A stretch of DNA of 46,325 nucleotides, filler included, from Catajapyx aquilonaris (taxonomy: Eukaryota): the NCBI GenBank assembly GCA_000934665.2. It is 2 parts of 2 records of this genome, joined end to end, with 100 filler letters (N's around TTAATTAATTAA, not from the genome) between each part and the next. Parts side by side here need not be neighbours in the genome. Positions count along the whole stretch, not along the records: positions 1 to 23,113 come from JYFJ02005745.1; 1 more part is not named here. One strand, written 5' to 3'. The notes under the pieces were generated by a model. It did no database searches. It was not told where the DNA came from and saw nothing but the letters and a program-made list of their open reading frames with translations. Position numbers and translations under genes: made by a program. The first letter of the stretch is position 1. Each line of letters starts with the position of its first letter. Positions 12,136 through 23,213 of this stretch are shown here, piece by piece.

Positions 12136-13066
12136 ATGTCTAAAGTGGTGAGTGCGGTTGCTTGCCTATTTGAGACAATGGCTAACTATTTTGCTGTTGG
12201 ATTGCAGATGTTCATATTGGCCAGCCTGACCGCAATGGTCATGGTCGCAAGTGCTGGGGGCTACGGCGGTGGTGATTCGGGATCGGACGACCACGGGCTG
12301 TCTGGAGGATTTGATGGTGGTCATCTTGGAGGTGACGGTGGCGGTGGGGATGGTGGCGGTGACGGTGGAGACGACCACGTAAGAGATGGATTTACTACTA
12401 GTCAGCATCAACTAATATGCTTCTTTGCAGGGACATAAGACGGAGCATCACGTAGTTCCGGTAGTGGTCAAGGTTCCGGTATACAAGAAGATCCCGATCT
12501 ACCAGCACTATCCGGTCATCAAGCGCTACCCAGTCTACCACAAGGTTCCGGTCATCCAGAAGTACCCGGTCTACCAGAAGGTGATCATCACCCAGAAGGT
12601 GCCGGTCATCCAGAAGATCCCGTACCCTGTCAAGATCGAGACCCACCACAAGGATGACGGTGGCAGTTCCGGTGGAGACGGTGGTCACTCTGGAGGCGGC
12701 GGAGATGGAGGATATGGCGGTTTCGACGGTGGTGATGCTGGTGGATACGACGGCGGAGACGGTGGCAAATTCGAGGGTGGAAGCTTCGGCGGGTTCGACA
12801 GCGGCAGCTCAGGTGGCCATGGGTTCGGCGGCGACAGCTCAGGTGGCCATGGGTTCGGCGGCGACAGCTCAGGTGGCCATGGGTTCGGCAGCGACAGCTC
12901 AGGTGGACATGGGTTCGACAGCGGGAGCTCAGGCGGCCATGGATTTGACAGTGGTAGCTCAGGTGGCCATGGGTTCGACGGAAGCTCGGGTGGTTTCGAC
13001 GGCGGCAGTTCAGGAGGCTACGATGGCGGTATCTCCGAAGGCCACGGATTAGGCGGTGGTTACTAA
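12136..13066 (+). CDS. Secreted Gly/His-rich / Val-Pro-Tyr-Lys repeat structural protein, paralog of the 3109 gene, 272 aa; exons 12136-12147, 12208-12378, 12431-13066
   Basis: Exon 1 is MSKV followed by GTGAGT. Branch-like CTAAC and acceptor TTGCAG ending 12207. Signal-like MSKVMFILASLTAMVMVASA. Donor GTAAGA at 12379, acceptor TTGCAG ending 12430. Intron positions match gene 1 (after 4 aa and after GDDH). AATAAA at 13141. Confidence 0.9.
12791..12970 (+). repeat. Coding tandem repeat, 6 x 30 nt, encoding GF(D/G)(S/G)(G/D)SSGGH
   Basis: Units such as GGGTTCGGCGGCGACAGCTCAGGTGGCCAT; units 2 and 3 are identical. Confidence 0.9.
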
Positions 13067-13889
13067 TCAGCACTATTCTAGTCATCTCATCAAAAATGTT
13101 GATTTATATTTATGTATGTATGCATGTATGTCTGTATATTAATAAACGGAACGAGTTATACACACAATCAGACCTTGGCATTCAATTGGCATTCGTGTTT
13201 TCCCCCGGAAGAGGTGCAAGTTAGACAAATGGCCTTCCGCTTGTTGACCACAAGGACCATCACAGTCCAACCGCGTCTACTAAATTTCTCCATCTGAACA
13301 CTATTTTCACTCGGACACGGCGGTGGCCGTGGTCAGACACAACATCCACCGAGTTTCCTCCATCCTTCCACCCCGTATGCAAAAATGGCATTTTCATGCT
13401 TTCTCTGGTGTGACTGCCAGCTTACATTATGTCAATCACTGTACTTTGCACATGCAAGTACACAGTGCGAAGCTTTCCATTTTGGAAAGTAATAGTGCAC
13501 ACAACGCGTATACGTCAGAAAGGATTATTACTTGCACTGTACTCTTATGTCATATAAGTTACCGTAGGGCAGGCTCTCTACTTTCCATGTGACACAAAGT
13601 ATTCCATTGTTTTAAATGAAAACAGACCATTCTTTGGGTGGGATTACCGAGAGAATTGTAATTCATTAGTAGCACATTAGGCAAGACATTAGGCTTAGGT
13701 TTTTGTCTCGAATTTATTCTTTGACATTATTCACAAAATCCGGAAACGAATATGCTCTTTGCATCGCACTGAGAACTGGGAAAAGTGTCTACAACATTGG
13801 CATACCTATGCATTCTGATGCAACGATATGGCTAGTAAAAGTTTTTAGAATAAGACGTTTTGAACCTGGAAATTCGTATGCGAGTTATA

Positions 13890-14046
13890 CAGTGACCCAA
13901 AAACTCGCTCTTTCTTGACATCATTGTTCCAGTTATGCGGATTATGATTTTTACCCGCATAAGAACATGAAATTATCCACATGTTTGTGGATTGGTGTTA
14001 ATTTTGTTATGCAACTTGAGCACACTTGCGAGTTTTTGGTTCCACT
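13890..14046. mobile_element. Small MITE-like inverted repeat
   Basis: TA|CAGTGACCCAAAAACTCGC ... GCGAGTTTTTGGTTCCACT. Confidence 0.4.
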
Positions 14047-14919
14047 AACTTCATTTGAACTACTATACTGTACAACACCCTTAGGCATTTCCAAAATTTA
14101 CTTCCTATATGTACGACAAGTAGCCTAATAAAGTATTTTTTATCCCCTAGTATGGCTCGGACAAATGCATCATTATTATAATGAATAACCGGTTAAAAAA
14201 GCAGTTCATTTCTTGAATAACTTGTACTGTGACCTAAATTTATGCTTTTATTGTTAATATTATGTTGCATAACATTATTGCTATCAAGTTCAATACAGTA
14301 CATTCCATCGGATTAGAATTATTCAAATCGTTTTTTTGCAAGCACCATTTCATCCATAAAATTCGTCTGCTACGATTGGTATAGTCGCGGGTATAGTACA
14401 GTACAACGCTTAATAGTATGTTTGTGTAGGAGACACTAGTGTTTCAATTTCCTTGTGAAAAACCATCAACGATTTTCAGCCCACCATAAAAATTACAAGT
14501 GGAAATAAACTACGTGAAAAGAGTTTGTGCTGATTCTTGTGCATTCCATGAGACCTATCGTGTTTACTAACTTCCTGTTAACTTCCGGTGACACTTAACT
14601 TCTAAAATCAGCAAGGTAGAAAGCTCTGTTTTAGCTTCCTGCCGCTGCAGCACGAAAGGACTTGACTCCTTGAAAATTTATTACCAAAGATGTCATATTC
14701 CCGGAATTAATTCTCGGCTCGTATTTCCTCCGGAATCGGAAAAAAATGAGAAAACATATTGTTTGTGCTTTTGATCACGGTAATTAGACATTTTGAAGCA
14801 AATAATTGCAGCAGAAACATTGTACTGTTCTTTTAAAACGAGCCGGAATTTACATATAACTAGCAGGATACCCGGCATTGCTCGAGTTATGAAATACTTT
14901 TCCCTAGGAGTAACTCATT

Positions 14920-15254
14920 TTTTTAAAAAAAAATTTACCCCGTGAATGACCTGTTAGGTCTTTAGGGGGTGGTGGATTACCACCATTGGTATTTTTGGAG
15001 CGTGTTAAGATGGAATCTTATTAGTGTACTCCAGGGTTGGTAGGAGGGGATGTGCAAAGTGCATGTGCGATGTCGTTAATTGGTCATTTTGTGAACTCCC
15101 CCGGGTGGCTTAGTCTATCGGAAATTGCCACCCGAAACGAAGTCAGAGATGGCCCAACTCTGCACGAAAGAAGGTGGGAACCCCGGGTGGGGATTGAACC
15201 CGGGACCTTAACTTCCGTGGGCGCGCGCGTTACCGCGGCGCCACTCCGTCTCCC
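14920..15254 (-). mobile_element. tRNA-derived SINE, family C
   Basis: Minus-strand head with A box TGGCGCCGCGG and B box GGTTCAATCCC; similar to 24057-24400 and 35850-36182. TSD GGAGTAACTCATT at 14907-14919 and 15260-15272. Confidence 0.88.
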
Positions 15255-16666
15255 TCTATGGAGTAACTCATTCATTTATTGGTATAATTAACTTCGCAAT
15301 AATTGAGGTTATGAACATAGATCCGCACGATCCTACTGTGGCCAAGCTGTGGCCCATTGATGTAGAAACCAAATTCCGAATCATTGAGCAAAAAAATTGA
15401 AATGTATTTTTTAGTGGGTTTTAATACTTTGCGGCGTTTTGAAGAGGAATTGAGTTGAGCTGTAAATGGTACGGTAGGAATGCACTTCACAACAGTGGGG
15501 ATCTGTGTTCAAAATGGAAGCTCTACCTACAGCATAACTTGAGTTAGGGCGAATAAAAAAAGAAAGTAACAACAAGGAGGAGGAGGAGGAGATGATGATG
15601 TTGGAAAAATTCTTTGTTGAATTGCTATGCGAAGGTCTTACTTTAGGGGCTACAGCCCATAAAATACGCCCGCAAAAGTAAATTTTTGTGCCTATTTGAG
15701 GTTTTCTCGTGCCTAAAAATCCGGACTCTAGTTATCAGTCTGTGAAATAGGCAACAAAGGGCAACTGTCACAGTTGACAGTTAATCAAGCCATGTGTTCT
15801 GGTCAACAGCCACTTACAGTTAATCACTGACCAATGTTTTCGTTTTAACTGTCTGGTCTGTGCTAGCAGTGGGTTCATCATCTTCATCGTCACTCTGAAA
15901 TTCTGAGTCATCTAACATTGCAAAAATGACAATGGCAATAAGTCCTCTTACAAAATAGTCAGGGATGAACAATCCACAGTCCTGTTGTAATAATTATAGG
16001 CCTACAGTATAATACCATACATAGTATGAAACACTTCACGAGTCCATAAATTATCTTGAGTATCACAGGTTCAGAGTCATATAAAAATTTGAATGGTCAA
16101 CTTATGAAAGTTGTGGACTGGCTGTGCACTCGAGAGTTTAGAAGAAAAATCTTCACTATCATAACAATTCCAATGCGGCAATGCCTCAAAAAAAGTATAT
16201 CAAAATAATGTGATAGCCTAAAAGTTGTCTCTAAGTGTTGTCTTTCTGCGAAGTATTTTAAGCCTTAACCAGTGTAAAAAGGGCTTCATAATAACCTGTT
16301 TCAGAAAAAAACAAAAAACAAAGTGCATGACACTATCATGATTAGCTCCTCCATGCCTTATTGCAACAGTCTCAATGCTATTCTGTGTGTAAGTAGACTA
16401 CTTCCTCTTCAGGCCACTATTGAAATAGGTTCTCCCTGTCCTGGTCATAATTTGGGCAGCAACATGCCGGTTTCCAGACACCAAACCAGTCAACAGCGGC
16501 TGCCGCCAGCCTCAGGCTCCACCATAACTTTTGCCTGCACCTTCTGTCCCCACCAACACTACCTGATACAGCAAAAGTGCATAAAGAGTTACACACTTTC
16601 CACAGGGACAAGTCACATTGACCAGTGATGCCATTCTGCTTTTTCTTTCGGCTCATGTCAAGTATA

Positions 16667-16878
16667 CGGGACATTCGCCGAATCAATTTGTTCGTAACCT
16701 AACAACGTATGATTCGACCTGAGAGATGACAATGATCCCATCTGTATTCTGGTCAAGCTTGAGGAATTAATTCTGGGGTCCCTGGTCACTTCCCCCACTT
16801 TAAACCCACACAAAACAACGAATCAAAGGGTCGGCAAGCTGCAGGTACTGTTTCCTAATTGATTCGGCGAATGCCCCA
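16667..16878. mobile_element. Tc1/mariner-type MITE
   Basis: TA|CGGGACATTCGCCGAATCAATT ... AATTGATTCGGCGAATGCCCCA|TA. Confidence 0.65.
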
Positions 16879-17480
16879 TAGTATACTTGATGTCAGCCTT
16901 TCTTTCCTGAAACAGTCTAGTATAACAACTTGACAAAAGACGTCTGTGCCCAAACACATTACAAATGAGTGGTAATTATTGACTTTTTCATTCATTCATA
17001 TACATCACGGTTTTTCCCAGCGGGGTGCCAGCGGATAATGAGGAGCAGGTCCTCCTTACCCTCACATGACCATTATATATTAAAAAGAAAATCTGGAGCC
17101 TGGTCAGGTACCCGCAGATAATTTGGGTGGGGGGGGGGAGGGGAGGGGAGAGGGAGAGAGANGCCTAAGCTGGGTTGTTGACTTCGGCGTGTCCCAGGTG
17201 ACGTCCAACAACAAAGGTCGGGTGAGGCAGGAGTATGGAGTACCATCTCATTGCTGAGTTGTTGGCACCACCAGACCAAAACCCATCACCTTGCATGGGA
17301 CGAAGGAGGGCAGCTAAACCTCCAGGCCTCTCCAGATGGAGCGCCTTCTACTTGCCGAATGAACAGGCTAAGCTGGGTTGTTGCTTTAGAATTACTTTGC
17401 AAATTTTTGACAATTATTACCATTATCTTCCCTTACCATTACAGATCATTTCACTACTCAAACAATTCCTTACCATTGCA

Positions 17481-17556
<76 letters not shown>

Positions 17557-17792
17557 GATACCCCATGATAGGCCTCCTTGGGCCTCTTAGGAGATAATCT
17601 TTTGAATAACCGTCTTTAATCATTGCCTTTGCTGTGATGGATTTTGATTGCGGGAGGAAACGGGAGAATCCCGAGAAAACCCACGCGAACCCGGAGAGAA
17701 CCCATTGAAACTCTATCCACATAAGTATCCTCCGTCAGACCTGGGGCTCGAACTCTGGAACTTAGAGGTGGAAGGCTGCGGCGCTAACCTCT
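17481..17792 (-). mobile_element. SINE family A copy, 5'-truncated, with an expanded (AAT)n tail at 17481-17555
   Basis: Reverse complement of 6745-7000 (GGGAGGAAACGGGAGAATCCCGAGAAAACCCACGCGAAC). Confidence 0.88.
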
Positions 17793-17837
17793 GCCAAAGA
17801 TCGCCCACAAATTACAAATAAGAAAAAGTGCAGAATT

Positions 17838-18401
17838 TAGAGGTGCGGAAAGGCGAGTACGGTGTGTACAGCGGCTCCCTAGCCGTGTCGGTTGCACTGA
17901 ACAAGGCGCTCTCATGCTCTCCCGCCTTCCCACACAAAGCATGGGGCAGGGCTTGGACCTCGGCAACCCCTCTTCGCGACCTGCCCATGCAACGGTGCAC
18001 CGAGAAATGGCGGAGGATGTCGAGCACCAATGTCTCTGTACAGGCAGGAATGACATCACGCACACCGCGTAGACGTCATCCTCATCGAAAAATCGCGAAA
18101 AAGACTTCTTGCGGTGGACAGACTCCTGCATGAGGCGGGCCAGTATCGACTGGTACATTGCGAGGCAGGCGAGATACGTCAGATACGTTCAGTAGTACAG
18201 TGTGTTGTACACCTGTACTGTAGTACAGCACTGCACTGGCTGGATAATGCCTGTGTACAGTAGTGCACGGTACTGTAACAGTACTGTATCACACATCATG
18301 ACGGGTGCACCTCGAATCGCACGTACCATGGCAATGGAAGAAGATGCACAGCACGGCGAGAGAGCCACGGTACACACCGTACTCACCTTTCTGCGCCTCT
18401 C
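17838..18401. mobile_element. AATT-targeting MITE (Sola-like)
   Basis: ~50-bp imperfect TIRs: TAGAGGTGCGGAAAGGCGAGTACGGTGTGTAC versus the reverse complement GAGAGGCGCAGAAAGGTGAGTACGGTGTGTAC. AATT on both sides (17834-37, 18402-05). Confidence 0.7.
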
Positions 18402-18635
18402 AATTCGAACGGAAAGGAAGTGACGTCAAGCCGTAATTAAAAATCGATTATTCCATTATTTCTAATTGTTTTATAAAACTGACCGAGGTTATCGCCACCT
18501 ACGATTTTTCCCCACCCCCTCGCGCGCACTTGACCCGTGACTCTGATACACCCTGTATAATGCATCATCAGGTAATGGACTACCTTACATGTATAATGCA
18601 TCATGTCCCATGGTTATAAAATATACGGTATTTGA

Positions 18636-19047
18636 ACTGAAGCAGTAGTGTTGGAGTGGATATGGTGTCCGACTGGTAATTGGGAGGTCCTGGGTTCAGT
18701 CCCGAAGGCCGGCGACCCTGACCTTGGTTTTCTGTGGTTTCCCAAGGTCGCCCCAGGAAAATTCCAGGATCATACTGTAAAATAGACCACAGCCGCTTCC
18801 TTCCTTTCCCTGCCCTGGAGGAGGTGCTGTGTCGGGTTTCTGGCCCCCAGGTGTCTCAAGCTTGGCCCCCTGAGGGACTGGACACGGCCCCCACCACAAG
18901 ACAATGCACTGCACCACTGTCCCTCCCTCTTTATCCCTTCCCTGTCCCCTGCACCGGAGAGAAAGAAATGGCATAGAAAACGGAGGCGATCTCCCCCCCT
19001 ACATTGACAACTAGGTCTCAAGGGGGTACCAAAAATAAATAAATAAA
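18636..19047 (+). mobile_element. SINE with family-B head and core but a different 3' body
   Basis: Head ACTGAAGCAGTAGTGTTGGAGTGGATATGG, core GACCACAGCCGCTTCCTTCC, (AAAT)n tail. TSD TAAAATATAC(G/T)GTATTTGA at 18617-18635 and 19048-19066. Confidence 0.85.
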
Positions 19048-19138
19048 TAAAATATACTGTATTTGATGGTATTTTTAAGCAAAGTCTAAAAAATTGAGTG
19101 ACACAACACTTGCCAAGTATTTAATGAAAACATCAAGT

Positions 19139-22119
19139 TTAACGCCTTCGGTGCCGACTTAATTTCTCCTGCTTGCCACCTTGCTTGCCACCCTGCTTCT
19201 TCTTGTTGCGGGCATCCAAATTCAGTTTTGCAGTTGCTCTACAAATAAAGACAAAAATCAATAATAACAGTGTACATTCCAGAAGACAAGTCAAGCTTTC
19301 AAAAGGGTCTTACTTGTGCCTCAGCTTTTTCACTGCCTTTTGACTTGTGTCTGTGTAATCCACCTCAAAGGAAGTCTTCTTCCCCTTTCCTTTCTTGGGA
19401 GAAACTTGACGTGGCTCACCCTTAAGCACTCCTTTACCTTGCTGGCTGCGTTTGGCCAGCCTAGCCTGGTAAGCAGCAGCTTTGGCTACTTCTTGGCTCA
19501 CCCGTTCTGCAGCAGGTGCTTTCGATGCAATCACCTTGCCTTTCTTGCCCCCATCTTTTTTATCTTTCTTGTCCCCATCTCTCTTATTACCTCTCTTACT
19601 CTTCTTAGATTTTGGTTCCTGGTCAACTGGTTTCAGGCGTAAATTTTCTGAAAAATATCATTATTACAGTCAAATGAGCGATAATAAAACAATAAATGTA
19701 GACAAATGTAGCAAACTGGACAGCAAGGTAACAATTTTGCAGTTTTGCTAGGAGAGGAGAGCTGGAAAAACCCAGAATACCATGCAGACCTATCTTGGGC
19801 CGACTCCATACACTTTGTAAATATTCAACATGCACTCGACACTTGATTCACCTACCATATATGTGTTATATTAATTTTCAGAGCATAATTTTGGTCCCAC
19901 CCTTGCAAGGAGCATAAATAAGATATTTTATTATAACAGCAACTAGATGACAAACCCTTTTCTGTATTCCGCTGTTTCCTAGTCTGGAACCATGTTCGTG
20001 GTCGTTCCTCTGGTGCACCTTTGCTCTTCATGACCTTCTCAGTTTTCTTAATCTGGTTTTCAGCTTTGGCCATTTCCCTCTCTTCTTTCTCTTCCTGAAT
20101 TATTCTGTTCACTTCGGACTCCAACTTATCCAGTTTTGTTTTATACTTGAATACAATGTCTGCAAAGAAAACCCCCCTCAAAAAATGTAATGAAAAAATT
20201 ATCACTACAGTGACATTCCTCAGCACCACTACTAAAAGCTAACTACAAGCCTCATATTATGCTTTCAGTGTGTTACTGCTGAATTTTCAGCTAACTTGCA
20301 GCAGCTCAAATCAGCAAAATCATAATTACATGCTTATTTCACTCTGAGAAAACGCGAGAGAAGAACAGGAAAACAAACCTTGTGGAATGATCCTATTCTT
20401 GACAGTGTTTCTGGCCTGCCGCACAATGTCACGGACAATTTTCCTCTCAGCTTCTCCAGCTAAGGACACAGCCACACCACTCTTGCCTGCACGTGCTGTT
20501 CTACCAACTCGATGAATGTAATGCTCCAGAGTAGGAGGGAGAGTGAAGTTGATGACAGTCTTAACTCCATGAATATCTAATCCTCTAGCAGCCACATCAG
20601 TACAGAGTAGCACATCCAGCTTTTCCTCCTTGAACTTCTGCAGTGATTCCAAGCGTTGTGCCTGGGTTAAATTCCCATGCAACTCACCCACTTTGACTCC
20701 AAGGAGACCTAGCAAAATATGCATCCTATGAGCCTGCACCTTTGTCTGCAGAAATACCAATGTGTGGTCTCGGAAAGTACGACACACTAGTGCAGCCAAA
20801 AGTCCCTCACGTTCTTCTTCTTTATTTTGGCGAATGCGAATGAATTCCTGCCGCAAATTAAAGGTGACGTGCTTGTTGCTGTCCACAAAAATGCGAACAG
20901 GTCGTTTAAGACTCACAGCAGCCAGATCCTTTACTTCATCAGTCATAGTTGCAGAAAAGAGCATTGTCTGGCGGGTCCGGCTGCACTGGCGGATAATCTC
21001 TTTCATTTGCTCAGCAAAATACTCATCCAGCATCCTGTCTGCCTCATCCAAAATCAGAATCTCAATGGTGTCCAGGCAGAAAGACATAGTGTTTTTCAGA
21101 TGGTCAATCAGCCTTCCAGGAGTAGCAATGACTATGTCTGGGTTCTTTCGTAGCATTGCTTCTTGCATTTGAAGATCTAAACCTCCAACAGCTAGTCCTA
21201 CTTCCAGATCAACAAAGCTTGCCAGCTGGCGAGTGACCTGGTACACCTGGACACCTAATTCTCGAGTGGGGACAAGTACTAAGACTCGGGTGACAGGAGC
21301 TTCTTTTGGGCGGAACAGAAGTCGTTCCAAAACTGGCAACATGTATGCAGCTGTTTTGCCTGTGCCAGTGGCAGCACAACCACATATATCCCTTCCTGCC
21401 AAAGCCATTGGAATGGTCATACTCTGGATTGGTGTTGGCTGAACATAGTTGAGGTGGCTAATGGCCTAGAAAATCAAAGATCATTCAGATTATAATAATC
21501 AATTAATATGTACGTATGAAACGTGCACCTCTCAACACTTTACTCATTCAAAAAATCTCAGTGGAAATAAACCATGTCAATAAGTGCAAAAGATACCCTA
21601 TTATTGTAAGATTAACTGGAAAATGAATCAAGGCAACAAGGAACTGACAACAGGTACTGAATGCAACTTCAGAGGTGCTAATGACTTTTGCACATGAAGG
21701 GGAGGGCTGCTCAGACCTTATGTATATAAAAGACACTCCCATTAAACCAACGAACGATCTGACATCACGTTCAGCCCTCCTCTACCTGGCTCTTCTCTCC
21801 GATCATGTCCCCAAATCGATCTGCAAGCCTACTGCTGCGCGTGCTCAGAAAACATGGCTGGTGTGGCGTCAGATTGTTCTTTGGTTTAAAGGACTATAGC
21901 CTACAGTAATATTATACTGAAAGTGTTAGTACCTGACATTGCAACATACAAAAATGACATATGCTTATACCTTGAGCAACGGCCTGGAGAGATTCATCTG
22001 CTGAAATGAAGTACTCCCTTCAAGTTGAGTTTCTGTGTCAAAGAAATCGGAAGATTCTTCAACACGCTGCCGTTTTCTCTCTTTACGTGACTTCTCTCGC
22101 TCATTCTCTCGTATACCAT
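19139..22119 (-). CDS. DDX27: ATP-dependent DEAD-box RNA helicase DDX27/Drs1 (60S ribosome biogenesis), 5'-incomplete; exons 22119-21971, 21465-20379, 20159-19956, 19647-19314, 19238-19139
   Basis: Q motif FQQMNLSRPLLK|AISHLNYVQPTPIQ, motif I AATGTGKT, Ia PTRELG, Ib ATPGRL, II DEAD, III SAT, V ARGLD, VI HRVGRTARAG, plus RTWFQ and a Lys-rich C-terminus typical of DDX27. All GT-AG junctions are phase-consistent; stop TAA at 19141-19139. Confidence 0.93.
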
Positions 22120-22225
22120 CTGAAATTATAGATTTATTGGCCAAGTGCTGACAATTATGCATTATGAGGATCAGTCAAAAAATAAGTTTCATGATGCTAC
22201 AGTTTCGATGGCATGCAAGAGGCAT

Positions 22226-23107
22226 GGTAAAGATGCGCATGAGCAGGTATGTCGAACCTTATAGTTCTTTACAGGATGGGTAAGCGCCATCGTGCCGCTT
22301 ATGCGCAGTCGCGGTAGCTGTCACACTTAACTGAGTGGTGAGCAGAGCATGTCCGCACACAATCCACCAGGAGCGGTCATGGTAGAGACATGTTGATTAC
22401 ATGGAATAAGGCAGAAGCTAGGGCAATTTAGGACACAGTCATTAAGTGCCGTGGCCCGTCATCTGGGTCCCTTGTTGTCCTTCCACTTGTGAGCTCATTG
22501 CGGAATTGCTGGCACCATGTCACTGCACCCTTTGCTTGGACATGACATCTGGACCATACACTTCCACTAGTAGGTGGCATGGTGGTGCAGTGGTTAGCAC
22601 ACAGCCTTCCACCTCTAGGTCCCGAGTTCGATCCCCGGGTTGGGCAGAGGATGCTTACGTGGATCAAGTTTCAATGGGTCCATGCTTGCGTGGGTTTTCT
22701 CAGGGTTCTCCCGTTTCCTCCCACTATCAAAATCCATTACAGGAAAGGCAATGATTAAAGTCGGTAATACTGTAGAAAAGATGATCCCCTAAAAGCCCCA
22801 AGGATGCCTATCACGGGATATCCATTTATTTATTTTTACACTTCCACTAGTTGGCAATCAATGTTGTATGTCGAATGTCGACCATTTGCAGCAAACAACT
22901 TCCCTCACAACAGCCTTAGTTCCTGTGACCAACAAATATCAGTCTGCCATGACTTCTAGCAGAATGTGGACGGGTACGCTCTGCTCACCACTCACTTGTC
23001 AGTCTCATCCGACGGTTGCCACACCTGCACATAAGTTGCCAGATGATCCCTACCTGTCCTCTACAGTACCAAAAGGATCGACGTACCTGATCATGCAAGC
23101 CTTTACC
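22226..23107. mobile_element. Degenerate long-TIR MITE interrupted by a family-A SINE
   Basis: GGTAAAGATGCGCATGAGCAGGTATGTCGAACCTT versus the reverse complement of AAGGATCGACGTACCTGATCATGCAAGCCTTTACC; also GAGTGGTGAGCAGAGC versus GCTCTGCTCACCACTC. Confidence 0.65.
22572..22836 (+). mobile_element. SINE family A copy
   Basis: A and B boxes plus the V-like core. Perfect 15-bp TSD TACACTTCCACTAGT at 22557-22571 and 22837-22851. Confidence 0.92.
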
Positions 23108-23113
23108 CTGTCT

Positions 23114-23213
23114 NNNNNNNNNNNNNNNNNNNNNNNNNNNNNNNNNNNNNNNNNNNNTTAATTAATTAANNNNNNNNNNNNNNNNNNNNNNNNNNNNNNN
23201 NNNNNNNNNNNNN
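23114..23213. other. Artificial 100-nt spacer / gap
   Basis: 44 N + TTAATTAATTAA (stop codons in all six frames) + 44 N, located at the exact window midpoint. Confidence 0.95.

Noticed and set aside
12398..13085. Alternative-frame and antisense ORFs over the structural genes (also 3414-3758)
   Set aside because: These are shadows of repetitive coding sequence that lacks stops in other frames.
15820..15918. Short acidic minus-strand reading (MLDDSEFQSDDEDDEP) as a missing DDX27 N-terminal exon
   Set aside because: It lies downstream of the DDX27 stop and terminates after ~32 codons; at most a transposon relic.
17235..17722. ORFs with poly-Asn, poly-Ile or poly-Leu
   Set aside because: These are translations of the (AAT)n SINE tail.
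20762..21442. Plus-strand ORFs overlapping DDX27
   Set aside because: Antisense shadows of the helicase exon.
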